Below, piece after piece: positions 5,906-13,687 of a DNA stretch of 13,801 nt. The notes under the pieces were generated by a model. That model worked only from the letters and a program-made list of their open reading frames with translations, did not search any database and was not told the DNA's origin. Position numbers and translations under genes: made by a program. The number at the start of each line of letters is the position of its first letter. Within the stretch, counting starts at the first letter, position 1. This DNA comes from a virus, in IMG/VR virus record IMGVR_UViG_3300045988_042395, positions 1-13,801 of that record; one strand, 5' to 3'.

Positions 5906-6139
5906 ATGGGTTGTTATATCATCCTCGCCCAGTCGATCACAAACGAGCGCGCGTTTTTGCTGGCTGACCTGTGCACTCGTTTGAACATCGGCTATTATAG
6001 CGACTGGGCAGACGTCGCCCACACGCGGCAGTGTTGCGCGGTGGGCCCTCTGTCCAAAGGAGACAAAGACCAGGTCGTTAAATGCCTGGCACATGACACA
6101 CACGTTGTATTGGAGGCGACCAAAGTTGAAAATCAGTGA
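5906..6139 (+). CDS. Hypothetical protein (77 aa, 5 Cys)
   Basis: The ATG lies 2 nt after the holin stop, with a G-rich RBS-like run upstream. By hand count, third-codon-position GC is about 65%, similar to the capsid gene. I recognise no motif and see no TM segment. Confidence 0.5.
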   Translation: MGCYIILAQSITNERAFLLADLCTRLNIGYYSDWADVAHTRQCCAVGPLSKGDKDQVVKCLAHDTHVVLEATKVENQ

Positions 6140-6485
6140 AAAAGCGGCCCTTGCAATGGCCGGATACACCAAAGCAGAAATTGAAGCTATGGAGAGGCCC
6201 ACGCCGCAGCCCGTGCCGCAGCCCGTACAGCAGCCCGTACAGCAGCCCGTGCCGCAGCCCGTGCCGCAGCCCGCGCCGCAGCCCGCGCCGCAGTATGACG
6301 GCCTCGAAACCCTGTTGCAGCAGATTTTGCAGGGCCAGCAGACCAGCGCCCAGGCAATGCAGACTATGACCCAGACGCTGCAGGCAAACGCGCTGGGCCT
6401 TGGCATTCAGCCGCAGCCGGCGGCAGATGCCGCTACGGTGACAGCCCGAATCATCGACCCTACCTATGGAAAGGAAGTGAAGTAA
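6126..6485 (+). CDS. Putative scaffolding protein with a Pro/Gln repeat linker (about 119 aa from a TTG start)
   Basis: The gene lies directly upstream of the capsid gene, as phi29 gene 7 does. TTG at 6126 has GGAGG (6112-6116) 9 nt upstream, whereas the in-frame ATG at 6093 has no RBS. The C-terminal half is Gln-rich and looks helical. Confidence 0.45.
   Translation: MKISEKAALAMAGYTKAEIEAMERPTPQPVPQPVQQPVQQPVPQPVPQPAPQPAPQYDGLETLLQQILQGQQTSAQAMQTMTQTLQANALGLGIQPQPAADAATVTARIIDPTYGKEVK
6204..6293 (+). repeat. 12-bp tandem repeat CCGCAGCCCGTG, about 7.5 copies
   Basis: The imperfect repeat encodes PQPVPQPVQQPVQQPVPQPVPQPAPQPAPQ within the scaffold candidate. Confidence 0.9.
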
Positions 6486-6486
6486 T

Positions 6487-7752
6487 ATGCCTCTTGGTAT
6501 GGATTTTGCGGACATTGCCGCCATTCTTACGGAGATTAACAAAATGGCCACCGGTCAGGAACCGACATCGCCCATCGTGGACACGTCTAGTTTCGTTTCT
6601 GTTGCGCAAGCCACGCTGCTGACCGGCACCGACAATTACACCAAGGCGATCAGTCAAGTGCTGGGCCGCACCATCTTTGCCGTCCGTCCCTATGATGCCC
6701 CCCTGAAGCGCTTGCAGGTCACGGCTGACGACTGGTCTAACCATGTGCGGAAGATCAATTTCTGTGACACTGACCCCGTCACCGACAAGGCGTGGGCGCT
6801 GGAGGAAGGCCAGAGCGTGGATATGTACGAAGTCCACAAGCCTAAAGTCCTTCAGACTAACTACTATGGCCAGACCAACTACAGTCGTGTGTACACGCAG
6901 GCAGATACCCAGATGGAAGCGGCCTTCAAAGGCCCCGAGGAACTGGCGCAGTTCTGGTCCTCTTTCGTGCTGCATCTGTCGAACCAGATCGAGGCAGACC
7001 GGCGCAACTTGGCCAATAACCTGATGGCCAATCATCTGACCGGCATGACCGTGACCAGCCCCCACAGCGTTATTTATCTGCTCGATGAGTACAACGCCCA
7101 GCAGGGCACGAAACTGACCGTGCCGGATGTGTATAAGGAAGCGAACTTCCCGGGGTTCGCAAAGTACGCATATGGTCGAATCAACGATATTTCCCGCCTG
7201 ATGAAAGAGCGCTCCATAAACTGGCACCAAAACTGGAAGATCGGCGGCACGACATACAACATCATGCGCCACACTCCGTATGATCGGCAGCACCTCTACC
7301 TGTACAGCGGTACGCAGAGTCAGATTGACGCCCGCGTGATTCCTGAGGTGTTCCATGACAATATGTTGAAATACCGCGATGCCGAACAGGTCACGTTCTG
7401 GCAAAACATCGATGAGCGCGAAACCATCTCCGCAACCCCCGTTGTCACAAGCGCGGCAGGCGTGGCGACCAAAAATGCCGCGGTGCAGCTGTCCAATGTG
7501 TTCGGGTGTCTGCTGGACTGGGATGCAATCGGATACACTCCGAAGCTGTCCCGCGTGGTCCCGACCCCCATGAACGCACGCGGCCTGTATACGAACTTCT
7601 GGTATCACTACGGTTGGTCGTGGTATGATGACTTCACCGAAAACGCCGTTTTGTTCCTGATGACCGCCGGAGACGTCACTGCGCCCAGCACGGGTAAAGC
7701 CTCCACCCTGAAAACCACCACGCACAAGGACGCGGATCCCTCGAAGTCCTGA
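6487..7752 (+). CDS. Major capsid protein, phi29 gp8-like (HK97 fold), 421 aa
   Basis: The C-terminal segment ARGLYTNFWYHYGWSWYDDFTENAVLFL resembles the phi29 gp8 segment [28 protein letters not shown] as I remember it. Size and position between scaffold and tail genes also fit. No Ig-like C-terminal extension is present. Confidence 0.85.
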   Translation: MPLGMDFADIAAILTEINKMATGQEPTSPIVDTSSFVSVAQATLLTGTDNYTKAISQVLGRTIFAVRPYDAPLKRLQVTADDWSNHVRKINFCDTDPVTDKAWALEEGQSVDMYEVHKPKVLQTNYYGQTNYSRVYTQADTQMEAAFKGPEELAQFWSSFVLHLSNQIEADRRNLANNLMANHLTGMTVTSPHSVIYLLDEYNAQQGTKLTVPDVYKEANFPGFAKYAYGRINDISRLMKERSINWHQNWKIGGTTYNIMRHTPYDRQHLYLYSGTQSQIDARVIPEVFHDNMLKYRDAEQVTFWQNIDERETISATPVVTSAAGVATKNAAVQLSNVFGCLLDWDAIGYTPKLSRVVPTPMNARGLYTNFWYHYGWSWYDDFTENAVLFLMTAGDVTAPSTGKASTLKTTTHKDADPSKS

Positions 7753-7757
7753 CCGGC

Positions 7758-7788
7758 ACCGGCGGGCATCTGCCCGCCGGTTATTTTA
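7758..7788 (+). terminator. Rho-independent terminator candidate after the capsid gene
   Basis: A 10-bp stem pairs ACCGGCGGGC (7758-7767) with GCCCGCCGGT (7772-7781) around the loop ATCT. It is followed by TATTTTA. Confidence 0.6.
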
Positions 7789-7801
7789 TAGGAGGTGCAA
7801 A

Positions 7802-9202
7802 ATGCAAGCTATATTTTACCAGTTTGCAAAGCGCACAAACAGCACAAAGCGGCCCAGCAGTGGGAAGGAGTTCGGAATTGACCTTAAAGCCCCTTGTAAC
7901 ATCATTGACCCCGAGATCAAGATTGCAACACAAAGTGACCCCACCGGGTACAATTATTGCTACCTTCCCACATTCAGCCGGTATTACTGGGTTAAAAATT
8001 GGACATATGCCAACGGTCTCTGGGTGGCCTCGCTGACTGTTGATACGCTTGCAAGTTACCGAGATCAGATTGGGTCTGCTACCGAATATGTGGTTAGATC
8101 GTCGGCCCAGTATGATGGCACAATTTCAGATAGCCTTTACCCGGCAAAATCTACCGTTCAGAGTGTCACAAATGCTTTTCAAGGCGGTTTTGCTGAAACG
8201 ATCAGCGGAGGTTTCTTTGTTATTGGATTTATAGCCAAAGCCGCTAACTCCATTGGAGCTGTCACTTATGTAGTAATGACTCCTGGAAACGCTAAAAAAC
8301 TCTCCGCCAAATTACTAACCGATGTATCGTACCTTAGTATTGACAATACAGAGATTAGTGACAGTTTAACAAAGGTGCTTTTCAATCCTTATCAGTATAT
8401 CGTAAGTTGTAACTACTTTCCATTTAGCATTGCCGAACTCGCCGCACATTTACCGCTTGTTAATAGTGTAGATGTTGGTTGGTGGTCAGTAGACATTCCG
8501 TGTTGGATTTTGGGAGAAGATAATAACAATCTAACAAAATCGGTAAGTGTGGCTATTCCGAAGCACCCGCAAGCGGCAAATCGTGGAGGGTATTGTAACG
8601 CCTCCCCATACACGGACTATACTATCTTCTTGCAACCATTCGGCGTAATTCCCCTTGATGCCTCCAAATTGTGGGGTGCCGCGACATTATCTATCCAGTA
8701 TGTGACGGACCTTTTCACCGGCGACAGTATCTTGCGCATGTTTACCGATACAAATCAGCTAGTACACGAGACAACCGCAAAACTCGGGGTACCTGTTCAA
8801 CTTTCAAATATTACATTTGATATACCATCGGGCGGCGGACTGCTGCAAACGGGTGTTGCTGCTGCGTTCGGAGGTCTCCAAGCAGCATTATCCGGGGGTT
8901 CTTTTTCAGACGTCGGAAACGGTATTCTAAATGCGGCACAAGCAACCAACGCGGATGTTGCAAGTAAGGGTGCCACAGGGTCTACAATCGCTTTTGATTT
9001 GGTGCCTTATATGGTCGCCCGCTTTAAAATTCTTGTGGATGACAACAATGATGACCATGGGAGGCCCTTATGTCGGCGGGTGCAAATATCCAGTATTCCG
9101 GGGTATATTATGGTTGACGATCCCGACATCGCACTAGCGGCAACCGCAGAAGAAATCGACAGTGTCAAAAGTTATATGAAGAATGGTTTTTTCTATGAGT
9201 AG
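7802..9202 (+). CDS. Tail knob / distal tail tube protein, phi29 gp9-like, 466 aa
   Basis: GGAGG lies 6 nt upstream of the start. The N-terminal pattern (YNYCYLPTFSRYYWVKNW...LTVDTLASYRDQI) parallels the gp9 pattern (SYIMF...KWFYAFV...EIDVLQTWMFDI). A Gly/Ala-rich hydrophobic segment near the C-terminus (GGGLLQTGVAAAFGGLQAALSGG) is analogous to the gp9 membrane-active loop. Confidence 0.65.
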   Translation: MQAIFYQFAKRTNSTKRPSSGKEFGIDLKAPCNIIDPEIKIATQSDPTGYNYCYLPTFSRYYWVKNWTYANGLWVASLTVDTLASYRDQIGSATEYVVRSSAQYDGTISDSLYPAKSTVQSVTNAFQGGFAETISGGFFVIGFIAKAANSIGAVTYVVMTPGNAKKLSAKLLTDVSYLSIDNTEISDSLTKVLFNPYQYIVSCNYFPFSIAELAAHLPLVNSVDVGWWSVDIPCWILGEDNNNLTKSVSVAIPKHPQAANRGGYCNASPYTDYTIFLQPFGVIPLDASKLWGAATLSIQYVTDLFTGDSILRMFTDTNQLVHETTAKLGVPVQLSNITFDIPSGGGLLQTGVAAAFGGLQAALSGGSFSDVGNGILNAAQATNADVASKGATGSTIAFDLVPYMVARFKILVDDNNDDHGRPLCRRVQISSIPGYIMVDDPDIALAATAEEIDSVKSYMKNGFFYE

Positions 9203-9214
9203 GAGGCGTAAACA

Positions 9215-9748
9215 ATGGCAGTATATAAACAGTGTATTACTGATGTGTCACCAATCAGAGTGACAGCCGGTTATCCGGCGTACCCGGACGGTAGTCCCCA
9301 CCGGGGTATTGACACAGTACACGGTAATCATAAAGCGTACGCGCCCGAGGCGGGCGTTGTGGTCGTGGCGCAGCACTGGAATGGCAGTACCTCGGGCGAT
9401 CAGTCGTGGGGCAATATGATTAAAGTCAGAATGGCCAACGGCACCACATGGCGAGCTGCACACTTTGCCTCACAGATTTGGAACGTTGGCGACACGATCA
9501 CAAAGGGTCAGTTTATTGGCACACAGGGCCGAACGGGATACGCAACGGGCGTTCACACGCATTGGGAGTACGCCGATGCAGCCGGAAACCTGCGAGACCC
9601 TTCCAGCATTATCAGAATCCCGAATCAGGTCGGCACATGGGATGTAGAATGGGACTCCGGCGGAGGCCCGGGTCCCGGGCCGTGGCCAACCGGTAAGTTG
9701 CCGGTGTGGTTACTGTTTAAAATGGCAAAAGGAGGTCGTCTGTTATGA
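9215..9748 (+). CDS. M23 (LytM-type) peptidoglycan endopeptidase, 177 aa
   Basis: It has the HxxxD motif (HRGID) and the HxH motif (HTHWE), with the intervening VGDTITKGQFIGTQGRTGYATG typical of M23. AGGAGG lies 8 nt upstream of the start. The C-terminus has a GGGPGPGP linker and an amphipathic tail. Confidence 0.88.
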   Translation: MAVYKQCITDVSPIRVTAGYPAYPDGSPHRGIDTVHGNHKAYAPEAGVVVVAQHWNGSTSGDQSWGNMIKVRMANGTTWRAAHFASQIWNVGDTITKGQFIGTQGRTGYATGVHTHWEYADAAGNLRDPSSIIRIPNQVGTWDVEWDSGGGPGPGPWPTGKLPVWLLFKMAKGGRLL

Positions 9749-10686
9749 GCGCCCCCTACAGCTATGAGCAAATCAACGCTCATGTGTCCCCGGTGACTCC
9801 CTCCGTAATGCACACCAAGGGCAACAGCTTATCCTATTATTTCCGCAAATATCTGTTTCTTGAAGCTGTGTCTATGGTCCGGTGGACGCTCCCCGACACT
9901 TGGCCCAGTAACCGCTTGCAATATCTTGTATTCGGTTCCGGAGGTGTTACGGTGTTCGATACTGACCGCTACGGCCTCGTTTATGACCGAATGGGACTGA
10001 CCGGCATTAACATTTTTTACAATCCCACACACTCCATCATTGCAAACCCTTTTATCAAAGGGTCCCCCTATTTGCAAATCGGGAAGCAGTGCGAGATCAT
10101 CAATTTACAGCCCGATTACCGCGGCATGGTGGATATTGTGGCCTATTATGGGGATATGATGGCCCTTGCTGCCCAGACCATCCAAAGCAATTTAATTAAC
10201 AGCCGGTTGGCGTATGTGTTCGCCTCTGGTAACAAGGCCGGTGCAGAATCTTTTAAAAAGATGTTCGACCAGATCATGCAGGGTGACCCCGCCGTTTTTG
10301 TGGATTCCTCTTTGCTCAAAGCGCCCAAAAATGGGGCATCCGGGCAAGCCCCATGGATGTACTTTGCGACAGACCTTAAAGGGAACTTTATCACCAACGA
10401 ACTGCTGACAGCCCTTAAAACCATAAAAGCCCTGTTTGATACGGAAGTCGGGATCCCTAACACCAACACAAGCAAGAAAGAGCGGATGTTGACCGATGAA
10501 GTCAACTCTAACAACGTTGAGACAGCCGCCAAAGCGTCGCTATGGTTGGACAGCTTACAGCGTGGGTGTGAGCGGGTGCACAAGCTCTTTGGGATTGACA
10601 AATCTACTTTATGGGTCGATTGGCGTTTTCCGCCCGATACTGGGACGCAGGAGGTAAACAACGATGCACGCAACATTGAGCTTTAA
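9745..10686 (+). CDS. Head-tail connector (portal / upper collar), phi29 gp10-like, 313 aa
   Basis: KKERMLTDEVNSNN resembles the gp10 segment KKERMVTDEVSSND as I remember it. The size is close to the 309 aa of gp10. An ATGA overlap joins it to the M23 gene, and GGAGG lies 9 nt upstream of the start. Confidence 0.85.
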   Translation: MSAPYSYEQINAHVSPVTPSVMHTKGNSLSYYFRKYLFLEAVSMVRWTLPDTWPSNRLQYLVFGSGGVTVFDTDRYGLVYDRMGLTGINIFYNPTHSIIANPFIKGSPYLQIGKQCEIINLQPDYRGMVDIVAYYGDMMALAAQTIQSNLINSRLAYVFASGNKAGAESFKKMFDQIMQGDPAVFVDSSLLKAPKNGASGQAPWMYFATDLKGNFITNELLTALKTIKALFDTEVGIPNTNTSKKERMLTDEVNSNNVETAAKASLWLDSLQRGCERVHKLFGIDKSTLWVDWRFPPDTGTQEVNNDARNIEL

Positions 10687-11353
10687 CGGCCTGTTGGCAG
10701 GGTACCCGAAACTGTTCGATGACTTGAAAGTCCCTGACAGTGTATCTAAAGAAACTGTCTGCAATCATTTACTGTTTGATACGCTGGAATTGGAAGTATT
10801 ATACGCGGATGGCCCCGCTATGCGCAGAGCGCTAGGCGTCTATTCTGAAACCATGCTCCCGAGCTGGACCCGGTACGCTAAGGCGCTGGGCCTTGAATAC
10901 GATGCTTTGGCATCCGATGACAGAACCAGAACCACCGACCACGCAGGAACCAGCGGCGGCACAGTCAAACGCACAAACGGCGTGAAGGGCACAACTACAC
11001 GAGAGCCGAACCTGACCACCACCGGCCAGAATACAGGCAGTGACAGCACTACCCGGGCTGTTACGGGGTTTGACAGCGGGGCCTTGCAAACCGCCGAAAA
11101 GAGTACAACGGACCTTGGAACTGGAAACACCATTACCAGCAGCGGCACGGACACAACCACCACCAATCAGACAACCACCGATAACAACATCTCAGAGTTA
11201 CACGATGGCTACAAAGATACCGTGACCGAGAAGGGCCGGGCAGGGCGAGACCCGCAAGACCTTATTGCCAAAGAGTTGACCCTTGCAATGGAAAATGCAG
11301 TTCATAAAATCGTTACGGACATCCGGGCGAACTTTTGTTTGCTGGTATATTAA
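10664..11353 (+). CDS. Putative lower collar protein (gp11-like), 229 aa
   Basis: The gene lies between the connector and appendage genes, as in phi29. GGAGG (10651-10655) lies 8 nt upstream of the start. A Thr/Gly/Ser/Asn-rich central region is consistent with the long beta-hairpin tube of lower-collar proteins. Confidence 0.5.
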   Translation: MHATLSFNGLLAGYPKLFDDLKVPDSVSKETVCNHLLFDTLELEVLYADGPAMRRALGVYSETMLPSWTRYAKALGLEYDALASDDRTRTTDHAGTSGGTVKRTNGVKGTTTREPNLTTTGQNTGSDSTTRAVTGFDSGALQTAEKSTTDLGTGNTITSSGTDTTTTNQTTTDNNISELHDGYKDTVTEKGRAGRDPQDLIAKELTLAMENAVHKIVTDIRANFCLLVY

Positions 11354-11365
11354 GGAGATGTGATT

Positions 11366-13606
11366 ATGAGTATCAATCCTATTCACAGAGCACCCTACAC
11401 CAATTTCCATGATCTCAATCTTGATTGGATTATGGATAAGTTAAACGAGTTCAATACCAAACTGACGAATTTCGTCAGCCTAGCAACGATCAAGTACGCA
11501 AACCCGATTCAGTGGGACATCACAAGCCAGTATGAGGCAAACACCGTTGTTGTGGACAGCAACGGCAACGCCTATCTTTCCGTGCAGCCGGTGCCGTCCG
11601 GTGTTTCTCTGGATCGCACCGAGTTCTGGACCAAAATCGGCAACTTCGATGTGCTTTGGGCCGATGTCAAAAAGGCCATTACTCCCACCGATGAGGGCCA
11701 CAGCCCCACCGCGACAGCTGCAAGAGCTATCAACGATCTTGTCTGGGTCAATGGGGCGCTTGTGCGTGTCACAAAAACAATGATCGCCGGTGATGCTTAT
11801 GTACCCGGCTCTAACTGCGTTAGCAGCTCCACAAATGAAGTCCTGCACTACCTTATCACTGCGTTTAATGAGGGCTTGAGCGCCGAGAAAACGGCCCGAG
11901 AGAACGCCGACACCCAGCTTCAGACGGCTATCGGCGCGGAGCAGACGGCCCGGGAGAACGCCGACACACAGCTTCAGACGGCTATCGGCGCGGAGCAGAC
12001 GGCCCGGGAGAACGCCGACACACAGCTACAGAAGGCGATCGACAATGAGACACAGGCGCGTATTACGGCAGATGAAAAATTACAAAAACAGATTGAGAAT
12101 GTATCCTCTACTGCATTTGCTAACGTTAAGGACTACGGCGCAGCAGGCACCGGCATAGCGGATGATACGGCGGCTATTAAAAAGGCTATTGCGTCCGGTC
12201 TTCCACTGCTTTTTCCGGATGGTACATACAGTATTACGCAGGACGTCACACTGACCGGTGCATACTTTGCGCACAAAGCAATGGTGATTGCGTACGGATG
12301 TACAGTAACGATCACCGCACCGATTGCCGGTGCTAGCTGTCATTTCCGCAAAACAAACAGCGGCACGATCAAGATGACAGATAGCGTTGTACTGGTTGAC
12401 TGGTTTAACTATGAAGGCGATTTGGGATCTGCTCTCAGCGATTATCTCTTAGGTTATGAGGGTACAGTAAAGTTTGGTCGTCCTGCTACATATGCTGGAC
12501 TAGGTACTGATACTACTTACGTTGTAAGTAATAATATTTATCTTCAACCGCACACAACATACGATTTGCAGGGGTGTGTTATTAAGCTTACTACTGCCAA
12601 CAGCAGATTCATTTTTAACGGTAGTAATACCGCCCATGTGGAGCGCACTATCTTTCGCAATGGCGTTATTATCGGTGCAACCGATGATGTAGACGCGGCT
12701 TTTACTTCGGATTATTCTGAGCGATTCTTCATTGAGGATATGTTTATAATCGGTTGCCGAAAAGTGCTAGAATGTGCGCATACTATCAATATACAGGTGC
12801 GCAATATTATACATGATATTGCACTTGAAACCTCTAAGCCTATTACAAGTTATCATTTAGTAGAGAGTTCCACGGGTGCGACTGGTATCTCCGGCAACGC
12901 CTCTTTCCGCGCAGAAAACTGCATTTCCAGCCTTGGCAGTGCTACCGGGGATCGATGGATGTTCCTTGCTGATTCTTCCAACGATATTCGAGATATTTAT
13001 ATCAGCAACTGCGAATGCAGCAACTCAAATGGCATATGGATTAACGCCTCCGATACACCATCAACGGTCTGGGACATTCTGATTGATGGTTTCATTGCCG
13101 ACCAGTGCCCGCAGACCGGTATTTACTTAACAAATTGTCTTTACGGCGCAGTACATATTCTAAACAGCTATAGTAACGCACCGTCATACGGCATCCGACT
13201 GGTAAAATCAACGGCTGTTATCAATACATGTCAGTTCCTTGCTACGGCACCCATGAATGGTATTTACATCGAGGGGGGGTGTAGGGCGGTTTCTATCAGT
13301 CATTGCACTTTTATCGATGTATCGCGTCCGATTCAAATATCAGACGGCATAGGGACCCTCGTAGACGATATTACGGTAGTGCGCAATACCCTACATGGAG
13401 AAAACGCCCCAGCTGTATTTGTCGGTTCGGAGTGGTGCTTTATTACCCGACTTTCTGGATGGAATATAACACCCGCCTACACAGCAGGTGTTCAGTTTGG
13501 GGCAGGCAACTGTACGTTTGGTTTTATTAACGGCTTTGACCCTACAAAGTATTCAAAACTAGGCGAACCTACAAACATTCAGCAAATTTCCACTGCTGCT
13601 ATTTAA
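11366..13606 (+). CDS. Tail appendage / tailspike with coiled-coil repeats and a right-handed beta-helix (pectate-lyase-3-like) domain
   Basis: AAGGAG (11352-11357) lies 8 nt before the ATG at 11366; the GTG at 11360 in the ORF track is too close to this RBS. NVKDYGAAGTGIADDTAAIKKAI is the hallmark N-terminal motif of the pectate_lyase_3 / tailspike beta-helix. The position matches that of phi29 gp12. Confidence 0.85.
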   Translation: MSINPIHRAPYTNFHDLNLDWIMDKLNEFNTKLTNFVSLATIKYANPIQWDITSQYEANTVVVDSNGNAYLSVQPVPSGVSLDRTEFWTKIGNFDVLWADVKKAITPTDEGHSPTATAARAINDLVWVNGALVRVTKTMIAGDAYVPGSNCVSSSTNEVLHYLITAFNEGLSAEKTARENADTQLQTAIGAEQTARENADTQLQTAIGAEQTARENADTQLQKAIDNETQARITADEKLQKQIENVSSTAFANVKDYGAAGTGIADDTAAIKKAIASGLPLLFPDGTYSITQDVTLTGAYFAHKAMVIAYGCTVTITAPIAGASCHFRKTNSGTIKMTDSVVLVDWFNYEGDLGSALSDYLLGYEGTVKFGRPATYAGLGTDTTYVVSNNIYLQPHTTYDLQGCVIKLTTANSRFIFNGSNTAHVERTIFRNGVIIGATDDVDAAFTSDYSERFFIEDMFIIGCRKVLECAHTINIQVRNIIHDIALETSKPITSYHLVESSTGATGISGNASFRAENCISSLGSATGDRWMFLADSSNDIRDIYISNCECSNSNGIWINASDTPSTVWDILIDGFIADQCPQTGIYLTNCLYGAVHILNSYSNAPSYGIRLVKSTAVINTCQFLATAPMNGIYIEGGCRAVSISHCTFIDVSRPIQISDGIGTLVDDITVVRNTLHGENAPAVFVGSEWCFITRLSGWNITPAYTAGVQFGAGNCTFGFINGFDPTKYSKLGEPTNIQQISTAAI
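11879..12041 (+). repeat. 54-bp tandem repeat, about 2.8 copies, in the tail appendage gene
   Basis: Copies lie at 11891-11944 and 11945-11998, differing at 2 synonymous positions, with a diverging third copy from 11999. They encode TARENADTQLQTAIGAEQ three times. Confidence 0.9.
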
Positions 13607-13612
13607 CCACAA

Positions 13613-13640
13613 CAGCCCCTCGATAGAGGGGCTGTTTATT
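13613..13640 (+). terminator. Rho-independent terminator at the end of the late operon
   Basis: A 9-bp stem pairs CAGCCCCTC (13613-13621) with GAGGGGCTG (13626-13634) around the loop GATA. It is followed by TTTATT, 7 nt after the stop codon. Confidence 0.75.
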
Positions 13641-13687
13641 GTATATGTTGCTATTTACATTGTAAAAATTGCTATTTACATTGTAAA
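13638..13687 (-). promoter_or_regulatory. Inward-facing promoter pair in the right ITR (minus strand)
   Basis: Read on the minus strand, TTTACA-N17-TACAAT occurs twice. One pair has -35 at 13682-13687 and -10 at 13659-13664. The other has -35 at 13661-13666 and -10 at 13638-13643. They point into the 3' end of the tail gene. Confidence 0.4.

Noticed and set aside
5941-5958. The hairpin AAACG-AGCGCG-CGTTT followed by TT, considered as a terminator after the holin
   Set aside because: The stem is only 5 bp, three of them A-T. It lies inside an ORF whose third-position GC looks coding.
5900-6406. A 168-aa minus-strand ORF with CGAGCG/TGCG repeats
   Set aside because: It is the antisense reading of the Pro/Gln 12-bp repeat. 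It has no RBS, runs against the uniform + strand organisation, and its Cys/Gly repeat is an artefact of the repeat.
6460-7725. A 421-aa minus-strand ORF that mirrors the capsid gene
   Set aside because: It is exactly antisense to a + strand gene with clear phi29 gp8-like motifs. It has no RBS. Its Arg/Gly/His-rich, low-complexity composition is typical of an antisense frame of a GC3-rich gene.
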